NCBI GenBank assembly: GCA_030390025.1
Contig: JASTWF010000322.1
Location: 310,001-374,000, forward strand
From: Squalus acanthias
Taxonomy: Eukaryota
Direction of reading: 5' to 3'
Length of the DNA stretch: 64,000 bases
The notes beneath the pieces are model-generated. The model did no database searches. It was not told the DNA's origin and saw only the letters and a program-made list of their open reading frames with translations. Positions 25,479 through 37,854 of the stretch are shown piece by piece. The first letter of the stretch is position 1. Each line of letters opens with the position of its first letter. The translations under genes were made by a program, and so were the position numbers.

Positions 25479-25515
25479 GTACCTGATGAAGGAGCAGCGC
25501 TCCGAAAGCTCGTAA
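25479..25515 (+). ncRNA. Minimal hammerhead ribozyme motif
   Basis: UAC CUGAUGA A GGAGC-AGC-GCUCC GAAA GC UC GUA. Confidence 0.75.
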
Positions 25516-25641
25516 TTTCAAATAAAACTGTTGGACTATAACCTGGTGTTGTGCGACTTCTCATTTTTGTCCACCCCAGTCCAACACCGGCATCTCCCGC
25601 ATTATGGAATAGTTAGGACTGTTCTCCTTGCGGCAGAGATG

Positions 25642-26343
25642 CTACGCACGCATGCATTCAGACATACATATCGGAACTTACACTCGATCGAACGAACGAC
25701 CTCGTGGGGTAGTGGTCGAACGCACGATTCGAGCCAACACAAGCACGCACATTGGAACTTACACTCGATCGAACGAACGATCACTTGTGCAGTGATAGAA
25801 CGAACGATTCGAGCGAACGCAAGCATGCACATTGGAACTTACACTCGATCGAACGAACGATCACTTGTGCAGTGATAGAACGAACGATTCGAGCGAACGC
25901 AAGCATGCACATTGGAACTTACGCTCGAATGAACGAACGCTTGATCGAACGAACGAACAATTGAACGAATGATCGAACGAACAATGCCAGTAGGACTGGC
26001 GTAAAACGGGTTTTTTCTTGGTTTATTGGAATAAGTGTTATCTGTAGCATTTAATTGGATTATGATGGTGCTGTGTGTTTGTACACTGTGGTGTTGAAAT
26101 GGTTTTTGTTTTATGTGGAGTTAACTTTGAGATTGATTATTTGAAATCTAAAAAGTTGTGTGGTATTGTTTAAGGGTATTTGTACTGTAAACATTATTAA
26201 TTATTTGTAAAATTAATCATTGCATTTATATTAACTATAAGGCTGTTTTCAAGGCTTTATTTTTTACTGTGATGGATGAATGTCATGGATTTACTGTGTA
26301 ATTGATGAGTTGTATAAGTATTATTGTATTTGAATAAAAAGAT
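25642..26343 (+). mobile_element. Unclassified dispersed element with CpG-rich 80-bp tandem head and AT-rich body
   Basis: Flanked by 20-bp direct repeats TTCTCC(T/A)TGCGGCAGAGATG, with AATAAA near the 3' end. Related pieces at about 6390, 7000-7185, 7930, 9290-9510, 12410 and 16460-16765. Confidence 0.6.
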
Positions 26344-26454
26344 TTCTCCATGCGGCAGAGATGAATGGGGAGCAGTCGGCCCTTCGAGCCTGCTCCGCCA
26401 TTTGAGAATATCACGGCTGATCTTCGAACTCGACTCCAATTCCCCACCGATCCC

Positions 26455-27408
26455 CACATCCCTTGGCTCCCGGTCCGGCAACGCCTCGATTTCAAAATTC
26501 ACATCCTCCTGTCCAAATCCCTCCATGGCCCTCGCCCCCTCCCTATCTCTGTAACCTCCTCCAGCCCTACAATTCTCATCCTCCTGTTCAAATCCCTCCA
26601 TGGCCCCTCGTCCCCTCCCTATCTCTGTAACCTCCTCCAGCCCCTACAATTCTCATCCTCCTGTTCAAATCCCTCCATGGCCCTCGCCCCCTCCCTATCT
26701 CTGTAACCTCCTCCAGCCCTACAATTCTCATCCTCCTGTTCAAATCCCTCCATGGCCCTCGCCCCCTCCCTATCTCTGTAACCTCCTCCAGCCCTACAAT
26801 TCTCATCCTCCTGTTCAAATCCCTCCATGGCCCTCGCCCCCTCCCTATCTCTGTAACCTCCTCCAGCCCCTACAATTCTCATCCTCCTGTTCAAATCCCT
26901 CCATGGCCTCTCGCCCCCTCCCTATCTCTGTAACCTCCACCAGCCCCTACAATTCTCATCCTCCTGTTCAAATCCCTCCATGGCCCCTCGCCCCCTCCCT
27001 ATCTCTGTAACCTCCTCCAGCCCCTACAATTCTCATCCTCCTGTTCAAATCCCTCCATGGCCCTCGCCCCCTCCCTATCTCTGTAACCTCCTCCAGCCCT
27101 ACAACCCTCCGAGATCTCTGCGCTCCTCCAATTCTGGCCTCTTGAGCATCCCCTGATTTCCATCGCTCCACCATTGGCGGCCGTGCCTTCAGCTGCCTGG
27201 GCCCTGAGCTCTGGAATTCCCTCCCTAAACCTCTCCGCCTCTCTCTCCTCCTTTAAGACGCTCCTTAAAACCGACCTCTTTGACCAAGCTTTTGGTCGCC
27301 TGTCCTAATATCTCCTTATGTGGCTCGGGGTCAGATTGTGTTTGATAATCGCTCCTGTGAAGCGCCCTGGGACGTTTTACTATGTTAAAGGCGCCGGATA
27401 AATGCAAT
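26455..27408 (+). mobile_element. L2 LINE 3' end with 75/76-bp VNTR
   Basis: WLPVRQRLDFKI, about 8 tandem units, then the L2 3' UTR. Confidence 0.9.
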
Positions 27409-27494
27409 TGGTTTATTTCAAAGACCCCAAATGAATAGACATAATAACAGATACAACCATCAAACTGCAAAAATTAATAAATATGCCCCATGCA

Positions 27495-28645
27495 AAGGAG
27501 GTTTGAGGGGTGATTTGATAGAGGTGTACAAGATTATGACGGGTTTGGATAGGCTAGACGGGGAAAGGCTGTTCCCATAGTTGATGGTACAAGGACTAGG
27601 GGACACAGATTTAAGATTTTGGGCGAGAGATACGGGGGGGATGTGAGGAAAAACTTTTTTACGCAGCGAGTGGTGAGGACCTGGAACTCGCTTCCGACGG
27701 AAGTGGTGGAAGCGGAGACACTCAATGTTTTCAAGGGGAGACTGGATAGGCACTTGAGGGAAATAAACTTGCAGGGCTACAGGGATAGAGCGAGGGGGGA
27801 ATGTGGACTGACTGGATTGCTCTGCAGAGAGCCGGCACGGACTCGATGGGCTGAATGGCCTCCTTCTGTGCCGTTATGATTCTATGACTATATCTTACCC
27901 AAGAACTCCAAGTCAGTCCTCTTTTGGATCTTTCTGGACTGATAGTGAGAAGATCTGATACATGTAATAGTTTTCAACGGTTTTGATGAGAGTAAACGAG
28001 AGAAACTAATTCTGGGCACCACACTTTAGGAAGGATGTCAAGGCCTTGGAGAGGGTGCAGAGGAGATTGACCAGAATAATACCTGGGGATGAGGGACCTC
28101 AGTGATGTGGAGAGACTGGAGAAGCTGGGGCTGTTCTCCTTAGAGCAGAGAAGGTTAAGGGGGAGATTGACCAGAATGGTACCAGGGATGAGGGACTTCA
28201 GTGATGTGGAGAGACTGGAGAAGCTGGGATTGTTCTCCTTGGAGCAGAGAAGGTTAAGGGGAGCTTTAATGGAGGTGTTCAAAATCATGTGGGGTTTTGA
28301 TGGAGTAAATAAGGAGAAACTGTTTCCAGTGGCAGGAGGGTGGGTAACCAGAGGACACAGATTGAAGATAATCGGCAAAAGAACCAGAGGGGGAGATGAG
28401 GAAACATTTCTTTCCGCAGCGAGTTGTTGTGATCTGGAACGCGCTGCCTGAAAGGGCGGTGGAAGCAGATTCAATAGTAACTTTCAAAAGGGGAATCGGA
28501 GAAATACTTGAGGGGGAAAAATTTGTAGGGCTGTGGGGAAAGAGCGAGGGGGAGAGTGGGGCTAACTGGAGAGCTCGACCAAAGAGCCGGCACAGGCACG
28601 ATGGGCCGAATGGCCTCCTCCTGTGCAGTATCATTCTTTGATTCT
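27495..28645 (+). mobile_element. Two CR1 3' fragments (27495-27890; 28008-28645 with a 98-bp duplication)
   Basis: FFTQRVVRTWNSLP; RRLRGALMEVFKIM...TRGHRLKI. Confidence 0.88.
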
Positions 28646-28721
28646 ATTTTAAATAAGTTTTGTATATATATTTCTAGATCTCTAAAAGCGTTTGCTGGAT
28701 GTAATTATTTTATATTCGTTC

Positions 28722-29410
28722 ATGCGATGATGGCGTCGCTGGCAAGGCCCAGCATTTATTGCCCATCCCTAATTGCCCCTTGAGAAGGTGGTGGTGAGAC
28801 GCCTTCTTGAACCGCTGCAGTCCGTGTAGTGAAGGTGCTCCCACAGTGCTGTTAGGGAGGGAGTTCCAGGATTTGGACCCAGCGACGATGAAGGAACGGC
28901 CGATATACTTCCAAGTCAGGATGGTGTGTGACTCGGAGGGGAACTTGGAGGTGGTGGTGTTCCCATGCGCCTGCTGCCCTTGTCCTTCTAGGTGGAAGAG
29001 GTCGCGGGTTTGGGAGGTGCTGCCGAAGAAGCCTTGGTGAGTTGCTGCAGTGCATCTTGTAGATGGTACACACTGCAGCCACGGTGCGCCGGTGGTGGAG
29101 GGAGTGAATGTTTAAGGTGGTGGATGGGGTGCCAATCAAGCGGGCTGCTTTGTCCTGGATGGTGTCGAGCTTCTTGAGTGTTGTTGGAGCTGCACTCATC
29201 CAGGCAAGTGGAGAGTATTCCATCACACTCCTGACTTGTGCCTTGTAGATGGTGGAAAGGCTTTGGGGAGTCAGGAGGTGAGACAGTCGCCGCAGAATAC
29301 CCAGCCTCTGACCTGCTCTTGTTGCCACAGTATTTATGTGGCTGGTCCAGTTAAGTTTCTGGTCAATGGAGACCCCCCAGGATGTTGATGGTGGGGGATT
29401 CAGCGATGGT
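28722..29410 (-). mobile_element. Second CR1-group LINE family, ORF2 C-terminus and 3' UTR
   Basis: LNWTSHINTVATRAGQRLGILRR...IYKAQVRSVMEYSPLAW...IQDKAARLI. Further pieces at 29612-29850 and 21705-21800. Confidence 0.85.
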
Positions 29411-29849
29411 ACCAGTACAGATGAAATGAGATGATACGTTCTCAAACACTACAATATCCTTTATTCACTTTCGGCAAGTACAGAATTTTTCAATATTCAG
29501 TGAAATCCTCAACTACTTAACATCAAACAGTTTCTCTTTTTAAACATATCCGCCACAGACATTTGTCAACTTTTCTCTCTTCTTGCACAATAATTAATAT
29601 TGTTTTTATTAGTTTATGGGATGTGGGCGTCGCTGGCAAGACCAGCATTTATTGCCCATCCCTAATCGCCCTGAGAAGGTGGTGGTGAGCCGCCTTCTTG
29701 AACCGCTGCAGTCCGTGTGGTGAAGGTGCTCCCACAGTGCTGTTAGGGAGGGAGTTCCAGGATTTGGACCCAGCGACGATGAAGGAACGGCCGATATATT
29801 TCCAAGTCAGGATGGTGTGTGACTCGGAGGGGAACTTGGAGGTGGTGGT

Positions 29850-30295
29850 GTCTGAGTCAGAATGTTGTGGGTTCAAATCCCACTCCAGAGACTCGAGCCC
29901 CATAATCCAGGCCCACACTCCCCGGTGCCAGTACTGAGGGAGCGCTGCACTGTCGGAGGTAGATGTATATACTCTAGGACTCGAGCCCCATAATCCAGGC
30001 CCACACTCCCCGGTGCCAGTACTGAGGGAGCGCTGCACTGTCGGAGGTGCCGTCTTTCGGATGAGACGTTAAACCGAGGCCCCGTCTGCCCTCTCAGGGA
30101 TGTAAAAGATCTCACGGCCACTATTTCGAAGAAGAGCAGGGGGTGAGTTCTCCCCGGTGTCTTGGGGCCCAATATTTATCCCTCAACCAACATCACTAAA
30201 ACAGATGATCTGGTCATTATCACATTGCTGTTTGTGGGAGCTTGCTGTGCGCAAATTGGCTGCCGCGTTTCCCACATTACAACAGTGACTACACT
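29850..30295 (+). mobile_element. DeuSINE with two 88-bp units
   Basis: Same head, linker and Deu domain as 22011-22843. Confidence 0.88.
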
Positions 30296-30299
30296 GGAG

Positions 30300-31730
30300 G
30301 AGGCGATAGCCATGGAGAGATTTGAACAGGAGGATGAGAATTGTAGGGGCTGGAGGAGGTTACAGAGATAGGGAGGGGGCGAGGGCCATGGAGGGATTTG
30401 AACAGGAGAATGGGAATTGTAGGGGCTGGAGGAGGTTACAGAGATAGGGAGGGGGCGAGGGGCCATAGAGGGATTTGAACAGGAGGATGAGAATTGTAGG
30501 GGCTGGAGGAGGTTACAGAGATAGGGAGGGGGCGAGGGGCCATAGAGGGATTTGAACAGGAGGATGAGAATTGTAGGGGCTGGAGGAGGTTACAGAGATA
30601 GGGAGGGGGCGAGGGTCCATGGAGGGATTTGAACAGGAGGATGAGAATTGTAGGGGCTGGAGGACGTTACAGAGATAGGGAGGGGGGCGAGGGCCATGGA
30701 GGGATTTGAACAGGAGGATGAGAATTGTAGGGGCTGGAGGAGGTTACAGATATAGGGAGGGGGCGAGGGCCATGGAGGGATTTGAACAGGAGGATGAGAA
30801 TTGTAGGGGCTGGAGGAGGTTACAGAGATAGGGAGGGGGCGAGGGACCATGGAGGGATTTGAACAGGAGGATGAGAATTGTAGGGGCTTGAGGAGGTTAC
30901 AGATATAGGGAGGGGGGCGAGGGACCATGGAGGGATTTGAACAGGAGGATGAGAATTGTAGGGGCTGGAGGAGGTTACAGAGATAGGGAGGGGGCGAGGG
31001 GCCATGGAGGGATTTGAACAGGAGGATGAGAATTGTCGGGGCTGGAGGAGGTTACAGAGATAGGGAGGGGGCGAGGGCCATGGAGGGATTTGAACAGGAG
31101 GATGAGAATTGTAGGGGCTGGAGGAGGTTACAGAGATAGCGAGGGGGCGAGGGCCATGGAGGGATTTGAACAGGAGGATGAGAATTGTTGGGGCTGGAGG
31201 AGGTTACAGAGATAGGGAGGGGGCGAGGGGCCATGGAGGGATTTGAACAGGAGGATGAGAATTGTCGGGGCTGGAGGAGGTTACAGAGATAGGGAGGGGG
31301 CGAGGGGCCATGGAGGGATTTGAACAGGAGGATGAGAATTGTAGGGCTGGAGGAGGTTACAGAGATAGGGAGGGGGCGAGGGCCATGGAGGGATTTGAAC
31401 AGGAGGATGAGAATTTTGAAATCGAGGCGTTGCTGGACCGGGAGCCAGTGTAGGTCAGCGAGCACAGGGGGTGATCGGTGAACGGGACTCGGTGCGAGTT
31501 AGGACACGGGGGCAGCAGGAAGTTGGATGAGTTGATGGTTACGGAGGGTGGAATGTAGGAGGTCGGGCAGGAGAGCGTCGGAATAGTCGAGTCTGGAGGG
31601 GACAAAGGCAGGGATGAGGGTTTCAGCAGCGGATGAGCTGAGGCAGGGGCGGAGACGGGCGATGTTACGGAGGTGGATATAGGCGATCTTGGCGATGGAG
31701 CGGAGATGGGGTCGAAATCTCATCCCGGGA
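30300..31730 (-). mobile_element. L2 LINE fragment with 76-bp VNTR (about 30310-31415)
   Basis: HLRNIARLRPCLSSSAAETLIPAFVPSRLDYS and LADLHWLPVQQRLDFKILIL. Confidence 0.9.
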
Positions 31731-32104
31731 TCGAATAGGGCGGGAAGTATATTCCACCAGTGTGCGCAGGCCTGTTAAGCATTTGCTTCAGGGCACTAGA
31801 ATTTAAGGGGCTTCGCTCCTGTGAGGTTCCGCTGGTGCCCCTGAACTTGACACTGCACAGTCGCTGAATTCTCGAAGTCCTAGAATGGTTTACAGCACAG
31901 GAGGAGGCCATTCGGCCCCTCGAGCCTGTGCCGGAGGCGGAGCCACTGAGATGGAGCGCTCCTCTATTTACATTATCCAACATTGCTCCCCTCAACTGAC
32001 GTGGCTTTTGGGGAAGGAAAAAAAAAAACCACCCAAATCCATCTCAATGCTGACTGTGGGATCTTGCTGTGCGCCGATTGGGGGGTTGCCGTGTTTGCAC
32101 GAAT

Positions 32105-33070
32105 TCGGAGCAGGAGTCGGCCCCTCGAGCCTGCTCTGCCATTCAATAAGATCGCGGCTGATCTTCGACCTCAACTCCACTTTCCCGCCCGATCTCCATA
32201 TCCCTTGATTCCCCGAGAGTCCAAAAATCTATCCATCTCAGCCTTGAAAAGACTCAACGACTGAGCCTCCACAGCCCTCTGGGGCAGAGAATTCCAAAGA
32301 TTCACCACCCTCTGAGTGAAGACATTCCTCCTCATCTCAGTCCTAAATGGCCCAACCCCTTATCCTGAGACTGTGACCCCTGGTTCACAGAATGTGAGAA
32401 TATAATCACAGAATCCCCACAGTGCAGATAGAGGCCATTTCGGCCCATCGAGCCTGCACCAACACATATCCCACCCTATCCCCGCGTATTTAATCCCCCC
32501 TAGCACTAAGGGTCAATTTATCATAGCCAAATCAACCTAACCCGCACATCTTTGGACTGTGGGAGGAAACCGGAGCACCCGGAGGAAACTCACGCAGACA
32601 CGGGGAGAATGTGCAAACTCCACACAGACAGTCGCCCGAGGCCGGATTCGAACCCGGGTCCCTGGCGCTGTGAGGCAACAGTGCTAACCACTATGCCACC
32701 GTGTTCCCCCTTCTAGACTCTCCAGCCCAGGGGCAAACAGCCTCTCAGCATCTACCCGGTCAATCCCCCTCAGAATCTTATACGTTTCAATGAGATCACC
32801 TCTCATTCTTCTAAACTCCAGAGAGTGTAGACCCAATCTACTCAATCTCTACCCATAGGACAGCCCTCTCATCCCAGGAATCAATCTAGTGAACCTTCGT
32901 TGCACCGCCTCCAAGGCAAGTATGTCCTTCCTTAGATCAGGAGACCAAAACTGTGCACAGTACTTCAGGTGTGGTCTCACCAAGACCCTGTACAACTGTA
33001 GCAAGACTTCCTTACTCTTGTTCTCCAACCCTCTTGCAATAAAGGCCAACATGCCATTTGCCTTCCTTAT
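32105..33070 (-). mobile_element. CR1 LINE interrupted by an HE1-type SINE
   Basis: CR1 pieces 32105-32390 and 32710-33070 are contiguous in ORF2. Confidence 0.88.
32404..32704 (-). mobile_element. HE1-type V-SINE
   Basis: Near-identical to 5151-5456 and 61693-62005. Confidence 0.9.
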
Positions 33071-33086
33071 TGAGGGGAGAATATAA

Positions 33087-33880
33087 AACAGAAGAACATA
33101 AGAAGTAGGAGCAGGAGTGGGCCATATGGCCCCTCGGGCCTGCTCCGCCATTCAATAGGATCATGGCTGATCCGAACCTAGACTCTCGTCCACTTCCCTG
33201 CCCGCTCCCCATAACCCTTCATTCCCTTATCAGCGAGGAAACTGTCTCTCTCCGTTTTAAATTTATTTAATGTTGCAGCTTCCACAGCTCTCTGAGGTAG
33301 CAAATTCCCTAGATTTACTACCCTCTGAGTGAAGAAGTTTCTCCTCATCTCAGTTTTGAAACGGCAGCCCCTTATTCTCAGATTATGCCCCCTAGTTCTA
33401 GTCTCACCCATCAGTGGAAACATCCTCCCCGCCTCCACCCGATCAAGCCCCCTCACAATCTTATATGTTTCGATAAGATCGCCTCTCATTCTTCTGAATT
33501 CCAATGAGTAGAGGCCCAACCTACTCAACCTTTCCTCATAAGTCAACCCCCTCATCTCCGGAATCAACCGAGTGAACCTTCTCTGAACTGCCTCGAGAGC
33601 AAGTATATCTTTTCTTAAATATGGAAACCAAAACTGTACGCAGTATTCCAGGTGTGGCCTCACCAGTACCTTGTATAGCTGAAGCAAGACTTCCCTGCTT
33701 TTATACTCCATCCCCCTTGCAATAAAAGCCAAGATTCCATTGGCCTTCCTGATCACCTGCTGTACCTGCATACTAACCTTCTGTGTTTCATGCACCAGGA
33801 CCCCCAGATCCCTTTGTACTGTAGCACTTTGCAGTATCTTTCCATTTAGATAATAACTTGCTCTTTGATTTTTTCTGCTA
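33087..33880 (-). mobile_element. CR1 LINE, 5'-truncated
   Basis: YYLNGKILQSATVQRDLGVLVHETQKVSMQVQQ... open to the stop codon, followed by the tail. Confidence 0.95.
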
Positions 33881-34230
33881 TTAGATGTATACGTGGATGG
33901 GTCCAGGTTTGTGGAGAAGGTGGGGGGATGTAAACCGGGGCGGGTGGAATTTATCACCCACAAACAGGGGCGGGAGTGGCGATTAAGTCTCTTTGCGCTC
34001 AACAGGCAGAATTGGCAGCCGTAACCTATGTATACCCGCATGCCACGAGGAGTCCCGTGGGACCCGTCTCGACCGGGAACGGTGGCAACCGTGACCCCGG
34101 TGGCCGATACCGTCTCGCTCCCTCCTTCCTCTTGTTCATCCAACGCCCCTTGCGATAAAGGCCATTCGCCTTCCCAATCGCTCGCTGCACCTGCGCGCCG
34201 GGAAGGCGACGGCCAGGGCGCGAGCCCGCC

Positions 34231-35418
34231 CTATTTCTCCGCGTGCACGCGCTCGTGGGCCACCAGGTAGCGCTTCTGCGCGAAGCTCTTGCCGCAGCGG
34301 GCGCAGCGGAAAGGCGCGGCGCCCGAGTGGCCCCGGCGGTGCCGGAGCAGGTTGCCGGCCTGGGCGAACTCCTTGCCGCAGTCGGGGCAGGGGAACGGCC
34401 GCTCGCCCGTGTGGGTGCGCTGGTGGCGGCGCAGGCTGCCCGTGTCGGCGAAGCTCTGGCCGCAGGCCGGGCACGGGTAGGGCCGCTCGCCGGTGTGGGT
34501 CCTCTGGTGGGCCAGCAGGTGGCTTCTGTCGGCGAATCGCTTGGGGCAGGCCGGGCAGCGGAAGGGGCGCTCCCCGGTGTGGGCCCGCTGGTGGGTCAGC
34601 AGGCGGCTAGTGTCGGCGAACCGCTTGCCGCAGACGCCGCACTCGAAGGGCCGCGCCCCCGCGTGCGCCCGCTGGTGCTTCCAGAGGTGGGAGCGCTGGG
34701 CGAAGGCCTTGGGGCAGTCGGCGCACCGGAAGGGGCGCTCGCCCGAGTGGGTGCGGCCGTGGTTGAGCAGCTGGCTGGCGTCGGCGAAGCCCTTGCCGCA
34801 GACGCCGCACGCGAAGGGCCGCGCCCCCGCGTGCGCTCGCTGGTGCCGTTGGAGGCTGCCCGCCTGGGTGAAGGAGCGGCCGCAGTCGGAGCAGCGGAAG
34901 GGGCGCTCCCCGGTGTGGGTGCGCTGGTGGCTCAGCAGCTGGCTGGTGCTGGCGAAGCGCTTGGCGCAGCCGGCGCACTCGAAGGGCCGCGCCCCCGTGT
35001 GGCTGCGCCGGTGCCGGGCCAGGTTGGACCGGTGGTTGAAGCCCTTGCCGCAGGACTCGCAGGCGAACAGCGCCTCCCCCGTGTGCATGCGCTGGTGCAG
35101 CCGCAGGCCGGCCGGCCTCCGGAAGGCCCGGCCACAGTCCCGGCAGGCAAAGGCCGGCTCGCCTGCCGCGTGCGTCTGCTGGTGCCGCCGCAGGTTGGAG
35201 GTGTGGTTGAACTCCCGGCCGCAGACCCCGCACTTGAACTGCTTCTCCCCCGTGTGGGTGACTCGATGGAGCAGGAGGTTGGTGGAGAGCTTGAAGGCCT
35301 TGCCGCAATCGGAACACTTGAACCGTCTCTCCTCCACTGCGGGAATGGGCGACTCCTGCCCAGGATCGGATTCGGGGCCGCCCGTGCTCGCACTGGCCTC
35401 CGGCGGCGCGCCAGCCAT
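34231..35418 (-). CDS. Tandem C2H2 zinc-finger protein, 13 fingers (ZNF-A); may be a terminal exon
   Basis: 395-aa intact ORF with 13 CxxC-x12-HxxxH repeats and TGERP-type linkers; short N-terminal leader. Confidence 0.92.
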   Translation of the reverse strand: MAGAPPEASASTGGPESDPGQESPIPAVEERRFKCSDCGKAFKLSTNLLLHRVTHTGEKQFKCGVCGREFNHTSNLRRHQQTHAAGEPAFACRDCGRAFRRPAGLRLHQRMHTGEALFACESCGKGFNHRSNLARHRRSHTGARPFECAGCAKRFASTSQLLSHQRTHTGERPFRCSDCGRSFTQAGSLQRHQRAHAGARPFACGVCGKGFADASQLLNHGRTHSGERPFRCADCPKAFAQRSHLWKHQRAHAGARPFECGVCGKRFADTSRLLTHQRAHTGERPFRCPACPKRFADRSHLLAHQRTHTGERPYPCPACGQSFADTGSLRRHQRTHTGERPFPCPDCGKEFAQAGNLLRHRRGHSGAAPFRCARCGKSFAQKRYLVAHERVHAEK

Positions 35419-35429
35419 CTCCCCTCGAT

Positions 35430-36165
35430 GGGTCTCTCTCTCGCCTCTCAGTCAGAAGGTTGTGGGTTTGAGTCCCCGGTCCAGGTAGTCGAGCTCAAAA
35501 ATCCAGGCCCACACTCCCCGGGGCCAGTACCGAGGGAACGCTGCACTGTCTGTGGTAGATGTATATACTCTAGGACTCGAGCCCCATAATCCAGGCCCAC
35601 ACTCCCCGGTGCCAGTACTGAGGGAGCGCTGCACTGTCGGAGGTAGATGTATATACTCTAGGACTCGAGCCCCATAATCCAGGCCCACACTCCCCGGTGC
35701 CAGTACTGAGGGAGCGCTGCACTGTCGGAGGTAGATGTATATACTCTAGGACTCGAGCTCCATAATCCAGGCCCACACTCCCCGGTGCCAGTACTGAGGG
35801 AGTGCTGCACTGTCGGAGGTAGATGTATATACTCTAGGACTCAAGCCCCATAATCCAGGCCCACACTCCCCGGTGCCAGTACTGAGGGAGTGCTGCACTG
35901 TCGGAGGTAGATGTATATACTCTAGGACTCAAGCCCCATAATCCAGGCCCACACTCCCCGGTGCCAGTACTGAGGGAGTGCTGCCCTGTCGGAGATGCCG
36001 TCTTTCGGGATGAGATGTTAAACCGAGGCCCCGTCTGCCCTCTCAGGTGGACGTAAAAGATCCCAGGGGGTCCACTGTTTCGAAGAAGAGCAGGTGGGGG
36101 GGGAGTTCTCCCCGGTGTCCTGGGGCCGATATCTATCCCTCAATCAGCGTCACGAAAGCAGATGA
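35430..36165 (+). mobile_element. DeuSINE with about six 88-bp units, head-to-head with ZNF-A
   Basis: CTCTCGCCTCTCAGTCAGAAGGTTGTGGGTTTGAGTCCC head, tandem units, Deu domain. Confidence 0.87.
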
Positions 36166-36589
36166 TAATCGAAGTGCCTTGCTCCTTTTCAAGCTGATTC
36201 TTGGGCCTTGCTCAGTCTCCGATCTTGCACTGACTCAAGCTCTCGGAAGAGAGAAGCTCTCGGTTTCTTGTGTTGACTCGATGTGCAGTTCCACCCACAC
36301 ATAACTCGGCTCTGCCTTCAGATCTCCCCGGAACGCCCGTGACGCTGGGCAATCCTTTCCCCTGAACCCTGACCTCTGTCATCCGAGCACGAGCTGACCT
36401 CTGTGAAGCCGACCGGGCCTTTTTTTTTCCTCTCTTCACACTTTGCCCCAGGAAGTATTCAGCCTGCGCTATTCCTGGTTCCCTCCAGGGTCTTAAAGCC
36501 AGCTGGAGTTCAGCATCGGCCTGGCTTTAAAGAAACATCGAAAAATAGGAGCAAGGAGTCGGCCCTTTGAGCCTGCTCCGCCATTCTCG

Positions 36590-37075
36590 ATAGAACCATA
36601 GAATGATACAGCACAGAAAGAGGCCCTTCGGCCCATCGATCCTGTGCAGGCTCTTTGGTCGAGCTCTCCAATTAGTCCCACTCTCCCCTCGCTCTTTCCC
36701 CACAGCCCTGCAAATTTTTCCCCTTCAAGTATTTCTCCAATTCCCCTTTTGAAAGTTACTATTGAATCTGCTTCCACCGCCCTTTCAGGCAGCGCGTTCC
36801 AGATCACAACAACTCGCTGCGTAAAGAAATGTTTCCTCATCTCCCCCTCTGGTTCTTTTGCCGATTATCTTCAATCTGTGTCCTCTGGTTACCCACCCTC
36901 CTGCCACTGGAAACAGTTTCTCCTTATTTACTCTCTCAAAACCCCTCGTGATTTTGAACACCTCTATTTAATCTCCCCTTAACCTTCTCTGCTCTAAGGA
37001 GAACAATCCCAGCTTCTCCAGTCTCTCCACGTAACTGAAGTCCCTCATCCCTGGTCCCATTCTCATCAATCTCCT
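36590..37075 (-). mobile_element. CR1 3' fragment
   Basis: RKHFFTQRVVVIWNALPERAVEADS; same subfamily as 28008-28645 and 60027-60790. Confidence 0.88.
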
Positions 37076-37720
37076 AGAGTATATACATCTACCTCCGACA
37101 CTGCAGCGCTCCCTCAGTACTGGCACCAGGGAGTGTGGGCCTGGATTATGGAGCTTGAGTCCTAGAGTATATACATCTACCTCCGACAGTGCAGCGCTCC
37201 CTCAGTACTGGCACCGGGGAGTGTGGGCCTGGATTATGGAGCTCAAGTCCTAGAGTATATACATCTGCCTCCGACAGTGCAGCGCTCCCTCAGTACTGGC
37301 ACCGGGGAGTGTGGGCCTGGATTATGGAGCTCAAGTCCTAGAGTATATACATCTGCCTCCGACAGTGCAGCGCTCCCTCAGTACTGGCACCGGGGAGTGT
37401 GGGCCTGGATTATGGAGCTCAAGTCCTAGAGTATATACATCTGCCTCCGACAGTGCAGCGCTCCCTCAGTACTGGCACCGGGGAGTGTGGGCCTGGATTA
37501 TGGGGCTTGTGTCCTAGAGTATATACATCTACCTCCGACAGTGCAGCACTCCCTCAGTACTGGCACCGGGGAGTGTGGGCCTGGATTATGGAGCTCGAGT
37601 CCTAGAGTATATACATCTACCTCCGACAGTGCAGCACTCCCTCAGTACTGGCACCAGGGAGTGTGGGCCTGGATTATGGAGCTCGAGTCCTAGAGTATAT
37701 ACATCTACCTCCGATAGTGC
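37075..37720 (-). repeat. 88-bp DeuSINE-derived minisatellite without SINE head or body
   Basis: About 7 units with 88-bp periodicity. Confidence 0.93.
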
Positions 37721-37854
37721 ACCATTCCCAAGTTGTTGTTGCTGGGCAGTATTCCTAATCCCATGTGCCGACTCTGTCCCCGATCCCTTTATTCGCTGCG
37801 TCTTCCGTGACCTATCTGTCCAATCTTAAAAGCTGACATGCTCTCTGCTAGCGC

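Larger units (their letters stand above)
23667..25604. mobile_element. Composite non-autonomous Penelope-derived insertion with inverted termini
   Basis: Ends CACAACACCAGGTTATAGTCC / GGACTATAACCTGGTGTTGTG, GIY-YIG remnants, three hammerhead motifs, and a 12-bp TSD TGGAATAGTTAG (23655-23666, 25605-25616). Confidence 0.85.

Noticed and set aside
33178..34143. 321-aa ORF as a host or domesticated gene
   Set aside because: Chance in-frame fusion of unique sequence to a truncated CR1 ORF2 that lacks the RT core.
34243..35589. Long plus-strand ORFs over ZNF-A (likewise over ZNF-B and ZNF-C)
   Set aside because: Antisense shadows of GC-rich zinc-finger codons.
36494..36531. Hairpin TTAAAGCCAG...CTGGCTTTAA as a terminator or structured RNA
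   Set aside because: A single 10-bp stem with no second copy or other support; intrinsic terminators do not apply here.
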